From Vicinamibacteria bacterium (GTDB lineage Bacteria > Acidobacteriota > Vicinamibacteria > Marinacidobacterales > Marinacidobacteraceae): a DNA stretch of 64,000 nucleotides. Below the pieces are notes generated by a model. It did not search any database and was not told the DNA's origin. It saw only the letters and a list, made by a program, of their open reading frames with translations. The stretch covers positions 1,440,001 through 1,504,000 of the forward strand of contig OZ219816.1 of assembly GCA_964291235.2 (NCBI GenBank), given 5' to 3'. Position numbers and translations under genes: made by a program. Positions 56,201 through 64,000 of the stretch are shown here, piece after piece. Numbering within the stretch: position 1 is the first letter of the stretch; the number at the start of each line of letters is the position of its first letter.

Positions 56201-58830
56201 TTGCTGTCCTCGGGAATGGCGGCTCGATCACCATCCGCCACCGCATTTGGGAGGACGGCCTGGTCGAGCGCAACGAAGTGTTCCAGCTGGGGTTCCGATT
56301 CGCGGCCGGCGGCGTGTCGATAGCCGCCGCGTTCCCGGTCACAATCCTGAACGACGACCGGGCAACGATCGCGGTGTCTGATGCAACGCGCTCGGAGGGT
56401 GGGGACCTGGAGTTCACGGCGACGCTGAACACGTTCCTGAAGGGCGGCATCAAGGTCACGCCGACTTTCACGGACGTGACCGCTGTCGCTGGCACCGACT
56501 ACGCCCGAAACACCACGCCGATCACCTTCGCGGGCCGTGCGAACGAGAAGAAGACGTTTACAGTCAGCACGACGCAGGACGTGGTCGCGGAGCAGGACGA
56601 GACCTTCAGGGCGGGGCTCGACGTCGACTGGACCTCGACAAACTTCCAGAGCCAGAACAGCTATACCGGCAACGGGGACGTGATCGCGATCACCGCCGGG
56701 ACCGGCACGATCGAGGACGACGAGCCGAAACTGACAGTGGACGACGCATATGCAAGAGAAGGCGACCCGATCACCTTCACGGTGACGCTGGACAACGCTG
56801 TGTCGGGCGGTCTGACGGTGACGCCGAGCTTCACCGACGTGACGGCGACGAAGGGCACCGACTACACGGAGAACACCGCGGCGCTGACCTTCGCTGGCAC
56901 GGCGGGCGAGACGAAGTCGTTCACGGTAGCGACGACCGAGGACACCGACGCCGAGGGGACCGAGACCTTCACCGTCAGCCTCGCCGTCTCGGGGACGCAG
57001 TCGCTGGTGGCGGCGACCGACACGGCAGGGGGGAGCATCGTAGACGGCGAGGCGGTTCTGCCAGCCGTGACGATCGAAGACGTGAGCGCAGAAGAGGGCG
57101 ACTCGATGACCTTCACCGTGACGCTGGACAAGGCGGTGTCGGGAGGGCTGACGGTGACGCCGAGCTTCGGCAACGGCATGACGCCGGGCTTTGCCGTGAA
57201 GGGCACCGACTACACGGAGAACACCGCGCCGCTCAGCTTCACCGGCACGGCGGGCGAGACGAAGACCTTCACGGTAGCGACGATCGAGGACGCCGACGTC
57301 GAGGTGCATGAGATCTTCCACGTCAACCTGAGAGTCTCGGGGACACACGTGCCAGTGAGGGCTACCGATTTCGCGGCTGGCACGATCCTCGACGACGACA
57401 GCGCGGCATTGACGATCGACGACGCGTCGGCCGTCGAAGGCGCGTCGATGACCTTCACGGTGACGCTGAACAAGGAGGTGACGGGGGGGGTGACGGCGGG
57501 CGTGAACGTCACCGACGGCACGGCGACGTGGAGCAAGGACTATCACCGGGGCGCCGATAAGGTCATCTTCACCGGCACGGCAGGCGAGACGCAGACCTTC
57601 ACGGTGTCGACCATGGACGACAACGAGAGCGAGGCGGCCGAGACGTTCACCGTGAGCCTGAACGTGCCTGACGGGACACTCGTGCGGGCAACCGATACGG
57701 CGACGGGCACGATCCTGGACAACGACAGGCCGGTGCTGACGATCGACGACGCCTCAGCCGCCGAGGGCGACTCGATGACGTTCACGGTGACGCTGGACAA
57801 AGCAGTGTCGGGCGGGCTGACGGTGACGCCGGGCTTCACCGACATGACGGCCACGAAGGGCACCGACTACACGGAGAACACCGTGGCGCTCAACTTCACG
57901 GGCACCGCGAACGAGACGCAGACCATTACGGTGATGACGACCGAGGACGGCACAACCGAACCTGACGAGACGTTCACCGTGGGCCTGAGTGTCTCGGGGA
58001 CGCAGGTGCCGGTGACGGCGACCGACACGGCGACGGGGACGATCATGGACGACGACGGTGCGCTGCCAGCGGTGACGGTGGCCGACGTGAGCGCCGCCGA
58101 GGGCGACTCGATGACGTTCACGGTGACCCTGGACAAGGCGGTGTCGGGCGGTCTGACGGTGACGCCGAGCTTCACCGACAGCTCCGCGACAGAGGGAACC
58201 GACTACACCGAGAACACGACCGCGCTCACCTTCGCTGGCACGGCGGGCGAGACGCAGACCCTCACCGTAGCGACGACCCAGGACAGCGACGCGGAGGTGG
58301 AGGAGACGTTCTACCTCGACCTGACCGTCTCGGGGACCCAGAGGACGGTGAAGGCGACAGACTGGGCGCTTGGCACGATCAACGACGACGACAGCTCAAG
58401 ACTGACGGTTGCCGACGCATCGGCCAGCGAAGGCAACTCGATGACCTTCACAGTGACCCTCGACAAGGCGGTGTCCGGCGGGCTGACGGTGACGCCTGCC
58501 TTCACCGACGTGACCGCGACGGAGGGCACCGACTACACCGAGAACACCGACGCGCTCACCTTCACCGGCACCGCTGGCGAGGAGCAGACCTTCTCGGTGG
58601 CGACGCACAAGGACGAAGACAGCGAGGACGACGAGACGTTCACCGTGAGCCTGACCGTCTCGGGAACATCGGCGACGGTGGCGTCGGACACGGCGACCGG
58701 AACCGTCACCCGCGACGACCAGATGGGTCACAGCCCGGCGGTGGTGACGGTGGCAGACGCCTCGGCCGACGAAGGTGACTCGATGACGTTCACCGTGACA
58801 CTGGACAAGGCCGTGGCGGACGCGGGCTGA
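53203..58830 (+). CDS. Adhesin N-terminal part: signal peptide, 7 putative-Ig (He_PIG-like) repeats, 2 bacterial Ig-like domains, Calx-beta repeats
   Basis: NAPPVI..PG.KTY.RGE...TGLPSGLSY.NGQVQGT repeats; IAFSE.VTGFE..DV.VGNG twice; DASA.EG...TAT.GTDY...E.DETFTV...GTI.DDD repeats. Confidence 0.88.
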   Translation: MRFRRPAPDAVPRPARLRLDTSRRWIRRATRAAGAGFAAATIALATTATTAAGANAPPVLNAPGNQVYEQGETIIPVSIGISDPDHDTTVVTVTNLPPGLSFRTGQVQGTVAAGAAAQDYLVTIKADDRVNAPVTAAFTITVTAREQTPPTVTISGPTQPQRGAFRVRIAFSEAVTGFEQADVTVGNGFARKFTGSGANYTAEIRITPGFSGTVTVDVAANVAEDADGDGNRAASRYSVEGDQTRPTVTLSGPTAPQQGAFNVAIAFSEPVTGFERSDVAVGNGSVTAFTGSGAAYTATITGAATGTVMVDVAAHVATDATGNPNMPARRYSVQAQWNQLNAPPVITRPNDQTYEQGEAISPFGITVTDADGDPVTITVTGLPSGLSYASDQLQGTVAADAAAQAYTVTISAQDGVNAAVTQTFTISVTETAPANSPANAPPVIAVPGSKTYVRGEAITAFGIAVTDAEGDALTVTLTGLPSGLSYANGQVQGTVAADATIRAYTVTIQAEDGVNAAVTGTFTISVTETAPANSPANAPPVIAAPGQKTYARGEAITAFGIAVTDAEGDALTVTVTGLPSGLSYANGQVQGTVAASAVVGDHGATIQADDGVNEAVTATFTITVTEAAPANSPANAPPVITDPGQKTYERGEAITAFSIAVTDAAGDAVTVTLTGLPSGLSYANGQVQGTVAASAVVGDHTATIQADDGVNGAVTETFTVSVTASGAANSPGNAPPVITDPGRKTYGRGEAITAFSIAVTDAEGDAVTVTVTGLPSGLSYANGQVQGTVADDAVAGDHTVTIQADDGGDAPAIETFTITVTPTAAAGESNSPPVITGPGNKTYERGEAITAFGITVSDADGDTVTVTVTGLPSGLTYTNGQVQGTVADGAAAGDHTVTILADDGGDEGAAETFTITVRARRAKRTSTSFSDYWDMKSDSLVPGNAFHVEEGDTLVVTFTWKGQGAQFAAWSTHGGLSGGPTYDVATSGTDYEAVIPARLVAVLGNGGSITIRHRIWEDGLVERNEVFQLGFRFAAGGVSIAAAFPVTILNDDRATIAVSDATRSEGGDLEFTATLNTFLKGGIKVTPTFTDVTAVAGTDYARNTTPITFAGRANEKKTFTVSTTQDVVAEQDETFRAGLDVDWTSTNFQSQNSYTGNGDVIAITAGTGTIEDDEPKLTVDDAYAREGDPITFTVTLDNAVSGGLTVTPSFTDVTATKGTDYTENTAALTFAGTAGETKSFTVATTEDTDAEGTETFTVSLAVSGTQSLVAATDTAGGSIVDGEAVLPAVTIEDVSAEEGDSMTFTVTLDKAVSGGLTVTPSFGNGMTPGFAVKGTDYTENTAPLSFTGTAGETKTFTVATIEDADVEVHEIFHVNLRVSGTHVPVRATDFAAGTILDDDSAALTIDDASAVEGASMTFTVTLNKEVTGGVTAGVNVTDGTATWSKDYHRGADKVIFTGTAGETQTFTVSTMDDNESEAAETFTVSLNVPDGTLVRATDTATGTILDNDRPVLTIDDASAAEGDSMTFTVTLDKAVSGGLTVTPGFTDMTATKGTDYTENTVALNFTGTANETQTITVMTTEDGTTEPDETFTVGLSVSGTQVPVTATDTATGTIMDDDGALPAVTVADVSAAEGDSMTFTVTLDKAVSGGLTVTPSFTDSSATEGTDYTENTTALTFAGTAGETQTLTVATTQDSDAEVEETFYLDLTVSGTQRTVKATDWALGTINDDDSSRLTVADASASEGNSMTFTVTLDKAVSGGLTVTPAFTDVTATEGTDYTENTDALTFTGTAGEEQTFSVATHKDEDSEDDETFTVSLTVSGTSATVASDTATGTVTRDDQMGHSPAVVTVADASADEGDSMTFTVTLDKAVADAG
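54220..55955 (+). repeat. Six tandem ~294-bp intragenic Ig-repeat units
   Basis: GCGAACTCCCCGGCCAACGC..CCGCCGGTGATT recurs at about 294-bp spacing. Confidence 0.85.
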
Positions 58831-58832
58831 CG

Positions 58833-59366
58833 GTGACGCCGAGCTTCACGGACGACACCGCGGCCGAGGGCACGGACTACACCGAGAACACGGCGGCCCT
58901 CACCTTTGCCGGCACCACGGGCGAGACGCAGACCTTCACCGTGGCGACCACCGAGGACACCGATACCGAGGCGGACGAAACGTTCACGGTGGGCCTGGCG
59001 GTCTCCGGGACCACGACGACGGTGACGGCGACCGATACCGCAACGGGGACGATCCTCGACGACGACGCGCCGGCAGTGACGATCGCCGACGCCTCAGCCA
59101 GCGAGGGCGACTCGATGACCTTCGCGGTGAGCCTGAACCAGCCGGTGACCGGAGGGCTGACGGTGACGCCGAGCTTCACGGACGTCACGGCCACCGAGGG
59201 CACGGACTACACCGAGAACACGGCGGCGCTCACCTTCACCGGCACCAGGGGCGAGACGCAGACCTTCACCGTGGCGACCACCGAGGACACCGGGAGAGAC
59301 GAGGTGACGGCGACGAAACGTTCACGGTGGATCGCCTGGCGGTCTCCGGGACCACGACGACCGTGA
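58833..59366 (+). CDS. Adhesin internal fragment (Calx-beta repeats)
   Basis: TAAEGTDYTENT...DETFTV...GTILDDD continues the preceding repeat in another frame. Confidence 0.7.
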   Translation: MTPSFTDDTAAEGTDYTENTAALTFAGTTGETQTFTVATTEDTDTEADETFTVGLAVSGTTTTVTATDTATGTILDDDAPAVTIADASASEGDSMTFAVSLNQPVTGGLTVTPSFTDVTATEGTDYTENTAALTFTGTRGETQTFTVATTEDTGRDEVTATKRSRWIAWRSPGPRRP

Positions 59367-59481
59367 CGGCGACCGATACGGCGGCGCGGCACCGGGCACG
59401 ATCTCGGACGACGACGGAGCCCGGGGCACGCTGACGATCGGCGACGCCAGCGCGTTCGAAGGTGACGAAATCGCGTTCGCA

Positions 59482-60675
59482 GTGACCCTGGACCGTCCCA
59501 TTCCCGGTGGATTCACGGTAACGCCGGAGCTCAGCGACGCGACGGCAAGGTCAGGGGAGGACTATCGCGCCGATACGCCAACCGTTCAGTTCACCGGCAA
59601 CGCGGGTGAGACGCGAACGCTCCGCGTACCCACGCTTGAGGACACCGTCAAGGAGGAAGACGAGACGTTCACCGTCCGGCTCCTTCCCTCGGAACCGCAG
59701 GCCGTGGCGACCCGGACCGCGATCGGGACGATCCTCGACGACGACGGGCTCCGAGGAACGTTGACCGTCGGAGACGCCCGCGCACTCGAAGGCGACGAGC
59801 TCACGTTCGTCATCACCCTGGACCGTCGCATCCCGGGGGGTCTCACTGTCACGCCCCAGCTCTCCGACGGGACGGCTACCTCGGGCACGGATTACCGGGC
59901 GGAGAGCTCTCCGGTCCGGTTCGCCGGGGACCCCGGCGAGACGCACTCGTTCACAGTGCCGTCCATCGAGGACAGCGAGGAGGAGGGCGACGAAACCTTC
60001 ACGGTCGCGCTCGCGATCGCGAGAACTTCGGCGGCGGTGACAGCCGCTACCGCGACGGGGACGATTGTTGATGACGACCTGTCACCCATCCACCTGCGGG
60101 CGGCTCCGGCTCGCGTCGCGGAAGCCGGCGGAGCAACCAGTGTTCGGGTGACCGCGAGCCGCGCGACCGTGCGGACGGCGACGACAGTGAGCGTGACCGT
60201 GGGGGCGGCGGACGATCCGGCGGTCGCGGGAACGGACTACCGGGCATCGCCCGCCTCGTTCACGGTGACGATCCCGGCGGGTTCGCGGGAGGGGTCGGCG
60301 GTCGTGCGGATCGAGCCCGTGGACGACTCGCTGATCGAGCCCGACGAACCGTTGTCCGTGACCGGCGTCGCCGGGTCGCGACAGGTCACGCCGGCGACGG
60401 TGACGCTGGTGGACGACGACGCGTCGAGTGCCCACCTCGTTGTCAGGATGGAGCCCAACGTGGTGCCCGAGAACGCGGGGCCGACGCTCGTGACCGTGGT
60501 CGCCGAAGTCGTCGGCGCCACCGCGGGGATGGCGCTGCCGGTGACCATGGTCGTGGGGGGCAGCGACGACACTGCGGAACGCCGCGGTCGACTACGAGCC
60601 CGTCGAGGCCTTCGGAGTGACGATTCCGGTCGGATCGTCGGAAGGAAGCGCGACATTCCTGTTGTCCCCAATTGA
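59482..60675 (+). CDS. Adhesin internal fragment (Calx-beta repeats)
   Basis: TA.SG.DY...EDETFTV...GTILDDD motifs; the frame is open from about 59400. Confidence 0.7.
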   Translation: MTLDRPIPGGFTVTPELSDATARSGEDYRADTPTVQFTGNAGETRTLRVPTLEDTVKEEDETFTVRLLPSEPQAVATRTAIGTILDDDGLRGTLTVGDARALEGDELTFVITLDRRIPGGLTVTPQLSDGTATSGTDYRAESSPVRFAGDPGETHSFTVPSIEDSEEEGDETFTVALAIARTSAAVTAATATGTIVDDDLSPIHLRAAPARVAEAGGATSVRVTASRATVRTATTVSVTVGAADDPAVAGTDYRASPASFTVTIPAGSREGSAVVRIEPVDDSLIEPDEPLSVTGVAGSRQVTPATVTLVDDDASSAHLVVRMEPNVVPENAGPTLVTVVAEVVGATAGMALPVTMVVGGSDDTAERRGRLRARRGLRSDDSGRIVGRKRDIPVVPN

Positions 60676-62188
60676 GGATGAATTGCTCGAGGGGAATGAA
60701 CAGCTCACCGTTACGGGCAGCACGCTTCGGCTGGAACGAGCGTCCGACCAGGGAACGATCCGGGACGAGCAGTTGGGCGAAGCGCGGGCCGAGGGGACCG
60801 GACGAACGCTGTTCCTGCTCGCGCGCGCCATCGGCTCCGAATCCCTCGCCGCAATCGAGGAACGCTTCGCGGGGAGGCGGGCAGGACGTGAGACGCGGTC
60901 GGGAACGGCGCCGGTGCTCGATCAGAGCACGGGCGGGCGGCCGGATTGGTCGGCCAGGATGCGTATGCGCGGCGGACCGTCCCCGGGAGCGGACCCGTAC
61001 GGCTTGAACGACTCCGCTGCGGGCCTTGAGAGACCCGAGCCGCACCCCTTCGGTGGGTTGGGATGGATTGACGGAAGCACCTTCGTGGCCCCGCTGGGCG
61101 GCGGGGAGGCGCAGGCCGGAGGCGCGGGGGGAGAGGCCGGCGCCGCAGAGGACCACGACGACGCGGGATGGGTCATCTGGGGACGGGCCGCGTCCACCCG
61201 GACGGCGGTGCAGGCGACGCCGGTTACCCAGGCGCGGGGAGACCTCTTCACCATGCACCTGGGCGCCGACACCCGACTGGGCAAGGAAATGCTCCTGGGA
61301 TTGGCCCTGTCGCACAGTCGGGGCAAGCTGGGCTACACACTCGGGGAAACCCCGGATTCCGCACCGGCGGCAGTCGAGGGTGGGCTGGCCAGCGTCCAGC
61401 CGTACGCGCACTGGACGCCGCGGTCCGGCCTGGAGGTGTGGGGCCTTGGTGGTCTGGGTCGCGGCAGCCTGCAGGTCTCGGACGCGTTCGGCCAGGCGGA
61501 CACGGGGGTCGGCATGCGGATGGCCGCCGGCGGCGTGCGGCAGGAGGTCGGCGTGGAGAGCGGACTGGCGGTCAAGGCCGACGTGTTCCACGTGGCCCTG
61601 CAGTCGGAGGCCCAGCTGGACCTGCCGGCGGCGCGGGCGACGGCAGTCCGCGCGCGGATGCTGGTCGAATGGCAGGCCGAGTGGGCGGCTACGGCGTCCA
61701 CGCTCCTGCGCCCCCGCCTGGAGATCGGCGGCCGTTGGGACGGCGGCACCGATGTCGGCGGGATGGGCTCGGAAGTGGGCGGCGGCGTTTCCGTGGTGAA
61801 CATTCGGCAGAAGCTGGAACTCGCCGTGTCCGGACGGTACCTGGTGGCGCACCAGGAGGAGGGTTTCGACGAATGGGGGGCGAGCGTGACCCTGCGCGGG
61901 GGGCCGGGCGTGGAGGGCCGGGGACCGTGGGTCTCGCTCGAGCCGGAGTGGGGCGCGGCGGCCAGCCAGGTGCAGTCGCTCGTGGGACCACAGCCGGACC
62001 CGGCATTCCGGAACGCCGCGGCGGCCGGCCGGATCGCGGGGGTGCAGCCGGATCGTTCGCGGCTGGCAGCCGGCTACGCGCTGCCTGAAATGGGCGCCGA
62101 TTTCCGGCTGGAAGGCATGCGGGAGACCCTCGGGCAGGAAGCCGATCCGAAGTACGGCGTCCGCCTCTCGGCTTCGTTCAGCTGGTGA
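60617..62188 (+). CDS. Adhesin C-terminal fragment with autotransporter-like beta-barrel
   Basis: Alpha-linker (LARAIGSESLAAIEERF), WVIWGR, LGAD, VQPYAHW, GGRWDGG, amphipathic strands, terminal Trp. Confidence 0.8.
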   Translation: MTIPVGSSEGSATFLLSPIEDELLEGNEQLTVTGSTLRLERASDQGTIRDEQLGEARAEGTGRTLFLLARAIGSESLAAIEERFAGRRAGRETRSGTAPVLDQSTGGRPDWSARMRMRGGPSPGADPYGLNDSAAGLERPEPHPFGGLGWIDGSTFVAPLGGGEAQAGGAGGEAGAAEDHDDAGWVIWGRAASTRTAVQATPVTQARGDLFTMHLGADTRLGKEMLLGLALSHSRGKLGYTLGETPDSAPAAVEGGLASVQPYAHWTPRSGLEVWGLGGLGRGSLQVSDAFGQADTGVGMRMAAGGVRQEVGVESGLAVKADVFHVALQSEAQLDLPAARATAVRARMLVEWQAEWAATASTLLRPRLEIGGRWDGGTDVGGMGSEVGGGVSVVNIRQKLELAVSGRYLVAHQEEGFDEWGASVTLRGGPGVEGRGPWVSLEPEWGAAASQVQSLVGPQPDPAFRNAAAAGRIAGVQPDRSRLAAGYALPEMGADFRLEGMRETLGQEADPKYGVRLSASFSW

Positions 62189-62786
62189 CCGGCCCGGCTC
62201 CGACGATGAACACGCTCATACCCGCCGCCCGCCGGAGAGGCAACGGGGCCAACCACAGCTCGTCCCGCTCGGCGTTTTTCGCATCGCCTCATTGGATACC
62301 GGGAGATCGAAAATGAACCGCGGCTGGAGCTGCCTTCCACTGTGCGGCTGCGGTTCAAGAAAGGCGGCCCGCCACCGGTTCCGCTCGAGCGCCAGGAAAC
62401 TCGGCAAGCGGTCTTTGTGGGCGCCGTGCGTTCCGACGACATCGAGGCGGATGCAGAAGAGGAACCGGAGTCTCCCCGCGAGGGCAAAGAGGAAGTCCCG
62501 GACGAGGAACGCGACGGGAAGGATCACCCGCGCAGTCACCGCCTGAATCCATCCGGACGGGATCAGCGTTCGCCGAGACACCGGGCTCACCCGCGACCGG
62601 CGGCAGGCAGACGAAGGACACGACCCGACATGGATGCGCTAGTCCCAATCCACATCGTCCGATCCATGGGAAGCCGGAGTCCCGGCCGGTATGTTGGGCC
62701 GCATGGGACGGCATTCCGTCCGGCGCCACCTGCCGGCCGAGGCGACGCCGACGACGAGGTCACCGGCGCTTCATCCCGGGCTGCTC

Positions 62787-62834
62787 GCTAACCCCCGAGC
62801 AGCGTCCGCGCCAGGACCCCCATGCCGAACCCGA
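62787..62834 (+). repeat. Right copy of the 48-bp direct repeat (current 3' end of the DUF819 gene)
   Basis: 40/48 identical to 46815-46862. Confidence 0.85.
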
Positions 62835-63921
62835 AGTAGTTCCCGATCGCGTAGCCGGCGAGCGCCACCGCGATCCCGGGCAGCAGCTTGTCGGCGTAAC
62901 CCCGGGCCGAGGCGATCGCCACCGCGGAGGCGGCGCCCCCGATGTTCGCCTGGGACGCCACCGAGAGGGTCCCGGCGTCCATACGCAAGAGCCGTCCGGC
63001 CCCAAAGATGACGAGCCCGTGGACCCCCACCGCGATCGCCGCGAAGAGGAAGAGCGTCGGCCCCGCGGCGAACATCTCGGAGATGAGCGAGCGCGCCCCG
63101 TTCGCGGCGAGAAACAGGTAGAGCAGCGCGTTCCCGAGCACCGGCGCCCCCCGCAGCGTTCGCACCGGGCCGGTGTGGCCGAGGACCAGCGTGATGGTCG
63201 TCAGCCAGAGGACCGACGGGATTCCCGGCACCACTCCCGCAATCAACTGCGCCGTCACCATGGTCCCGAGGGTGATCGCCCCGAGACCGAAGAAGTCCAT
63301 CATCCGCAGGCTCTCACCGCTTTCGTTGAGCTGCTGTTCGAGAGTCAGGGGCCCCTTGCCGCTCGGAACGGGATCGAGGCTGCGGCCGCCTCGCAGGAGG
63401 GCCGGAATCGCGATACAGGCGGCGAGCCAGATGCTGGTCACGATCACATCGGCGGCGAGCGCCGCCGACATGAGGTTGGGATCGGTTTCGAACGCGGCCG
63501 CGAGCGCGTAGAAGTTCGCGCTCCCCCCGATGTAGGTGCCGGTGAACTGGCCGGTGAGCTTCCAGGCCTCCGCACCCAATGCGCCAGCCAGGAGCAGCGT
63601 CCCGAGGAACGTGCCGAGCATGGTGCCGAGCGCCCCGAGCCCGAAGGCGGCGAGCATCGCCTTTCCGGCGCCCAGGACCGCCCGGAGGTCCACGTTCAGC
63701 AGCACCAGCACGATCGCGGCGTTGATCCAGATGTTCGAGATCTGCTCATAACTCTCCGCCTCCCCCACCAGGAGTCCGGTATTGGAGAGCACCATTCCGA
63801 ACAGGAGGCACAAGAGCCCGGCGCTCAGCGACCGGAAGAAGCGGTAGTTGCGCTCCAGCCAGACGGCGAGGAATACCGACGCGGCGAGCGCCAGAAAAAT
63901 TCCGAAGGGATCCTGGATCAA
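62788..63921 (-). CDS. DUF819-family integral membrane protein
   Basis: About 10 TM helices, GTYIGGSANF, VASQANIGG..SA...A, GYAIGNY.G. Confidence 0.85.
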   Translation of the reverse strand: MIQDPFGIFLALAASVFLAVWLERNYRFFRSLSAGLLCLLFGMVLSNTGLLVGEAESYEQISNIWINAAIVLVLLNVDLRAVLGAGKAMLAAFGLGALGTMLGTFLGTLLLAGALGAEAWKLTGQFTGTYIGGSANFYALAAAFETDPNLMSAALAADVIVTSIWLAACIAIPALLRGGRSLDPVPSGKGPLTLEQQLNESGESLRMMDFFGLGAITLGTMVTAQLIAGVVPGIPSVLWLTTITLVLGHTGPVRTLRGAPVLGNALLYLFLAANGARSLISEMFAAGPTLFLFAAIAVGVHGLVIFGAGRLLRMDAGTLSVASQANIGGAASAVAIASARGYADKLLPGIAVALAGYAIGNYFGFGMGVLARTLLGG

Positions 63922-64000
63922 GTGTCACCCTCGGGGCGCAGGCTCGTCCCCTTGCAACGTGTCACCGTCACCGCAGTGCGCGCGACACCCGGTTTCCTCC

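Larger units (their letters stand above)
53203..62188 (+). pseudogene. Giant (~3000 aa) Ig/Calx-beta autotransporter-like adhesin, split by frameshifts in this assembly
   Basis: Repeat units continue across frame breaks near 58820, 59290-59400 and 60580. The protein ends in a beta-barrel with C-terminal SASFSW. Confidence 0.75.
46863..62786. mobile_element. Putative genomic islet (2 regulators plus giant adhesin), no integrase seen
   Basis: Flanked by the 48-bp direct repeat, has an AT-richer left end, and carries only accessory cargo. Confidence 0.65.

Noticed and set aside
62189-62787. Possible small acidic ORF (62342-62791) or recombinase remnant at the islet's right end
   Set aside because: No RBS, family motif or integrase/transposase signature could be recognised. 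It may be a gene remnant, but I cannot support a call.

Overview
GC-rich bacterial chromosomal window, most likely Acidobacteriota. That assignment is an inference from an ADOP-type orphan permease, and the giant Ig/Calx-beta surface protein suggests a host-associated, possibly sponge-symbiont, lineage. 1-46.8 kb is mostly core or metabolic: suhB-like IMPase, RNase G reading in frame into an RsbW-like kinase, rodA-mrdA-mreDCB, PpiD/SurA, STAS, moeA-moaC-larE, an MBL hydrolase, tatA, OCD, nnr-tsaE, a degenerate sulfatase, a Tat-type molybdoenzyme pair, a TatT/TRAP transporter, a MacA-like adaptor, etfBA, an ADOP permease, fumC, an S9 peptidase, YncE, GH63-like and GH2 hydrolases, a broken CsgG/HfaB-like gene and a methyltransferase. 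Three elements stand out. (1) A ~16 kb integrase-less islet (46863-62786) is bounded by a 48-bp imperfect direct repeat that duplicates the 3' end of the DUF819 gene. It carries two coupled MalT-like STAND/LuxR regulators, palindromic candidate operators and a ~3000-aa Ig/Calx-beta autotransporter-like adhesin that is frameshifted in this assembly. (2) A non-CRISPR array of 24 units of 32-33 bp lies upstream of fumC, with a DnaA-box-like core (TTATCGACA) repeated about every 3 helical turns. (3) A ~620-bp cluster of nested hairpins and repeats lies at 19.1-19.7 kb. No tRNA, rRNA, cas, integrase or transposase gene was recognised. All calls come from reading the sequence and motifs by eye; no database searches were run.
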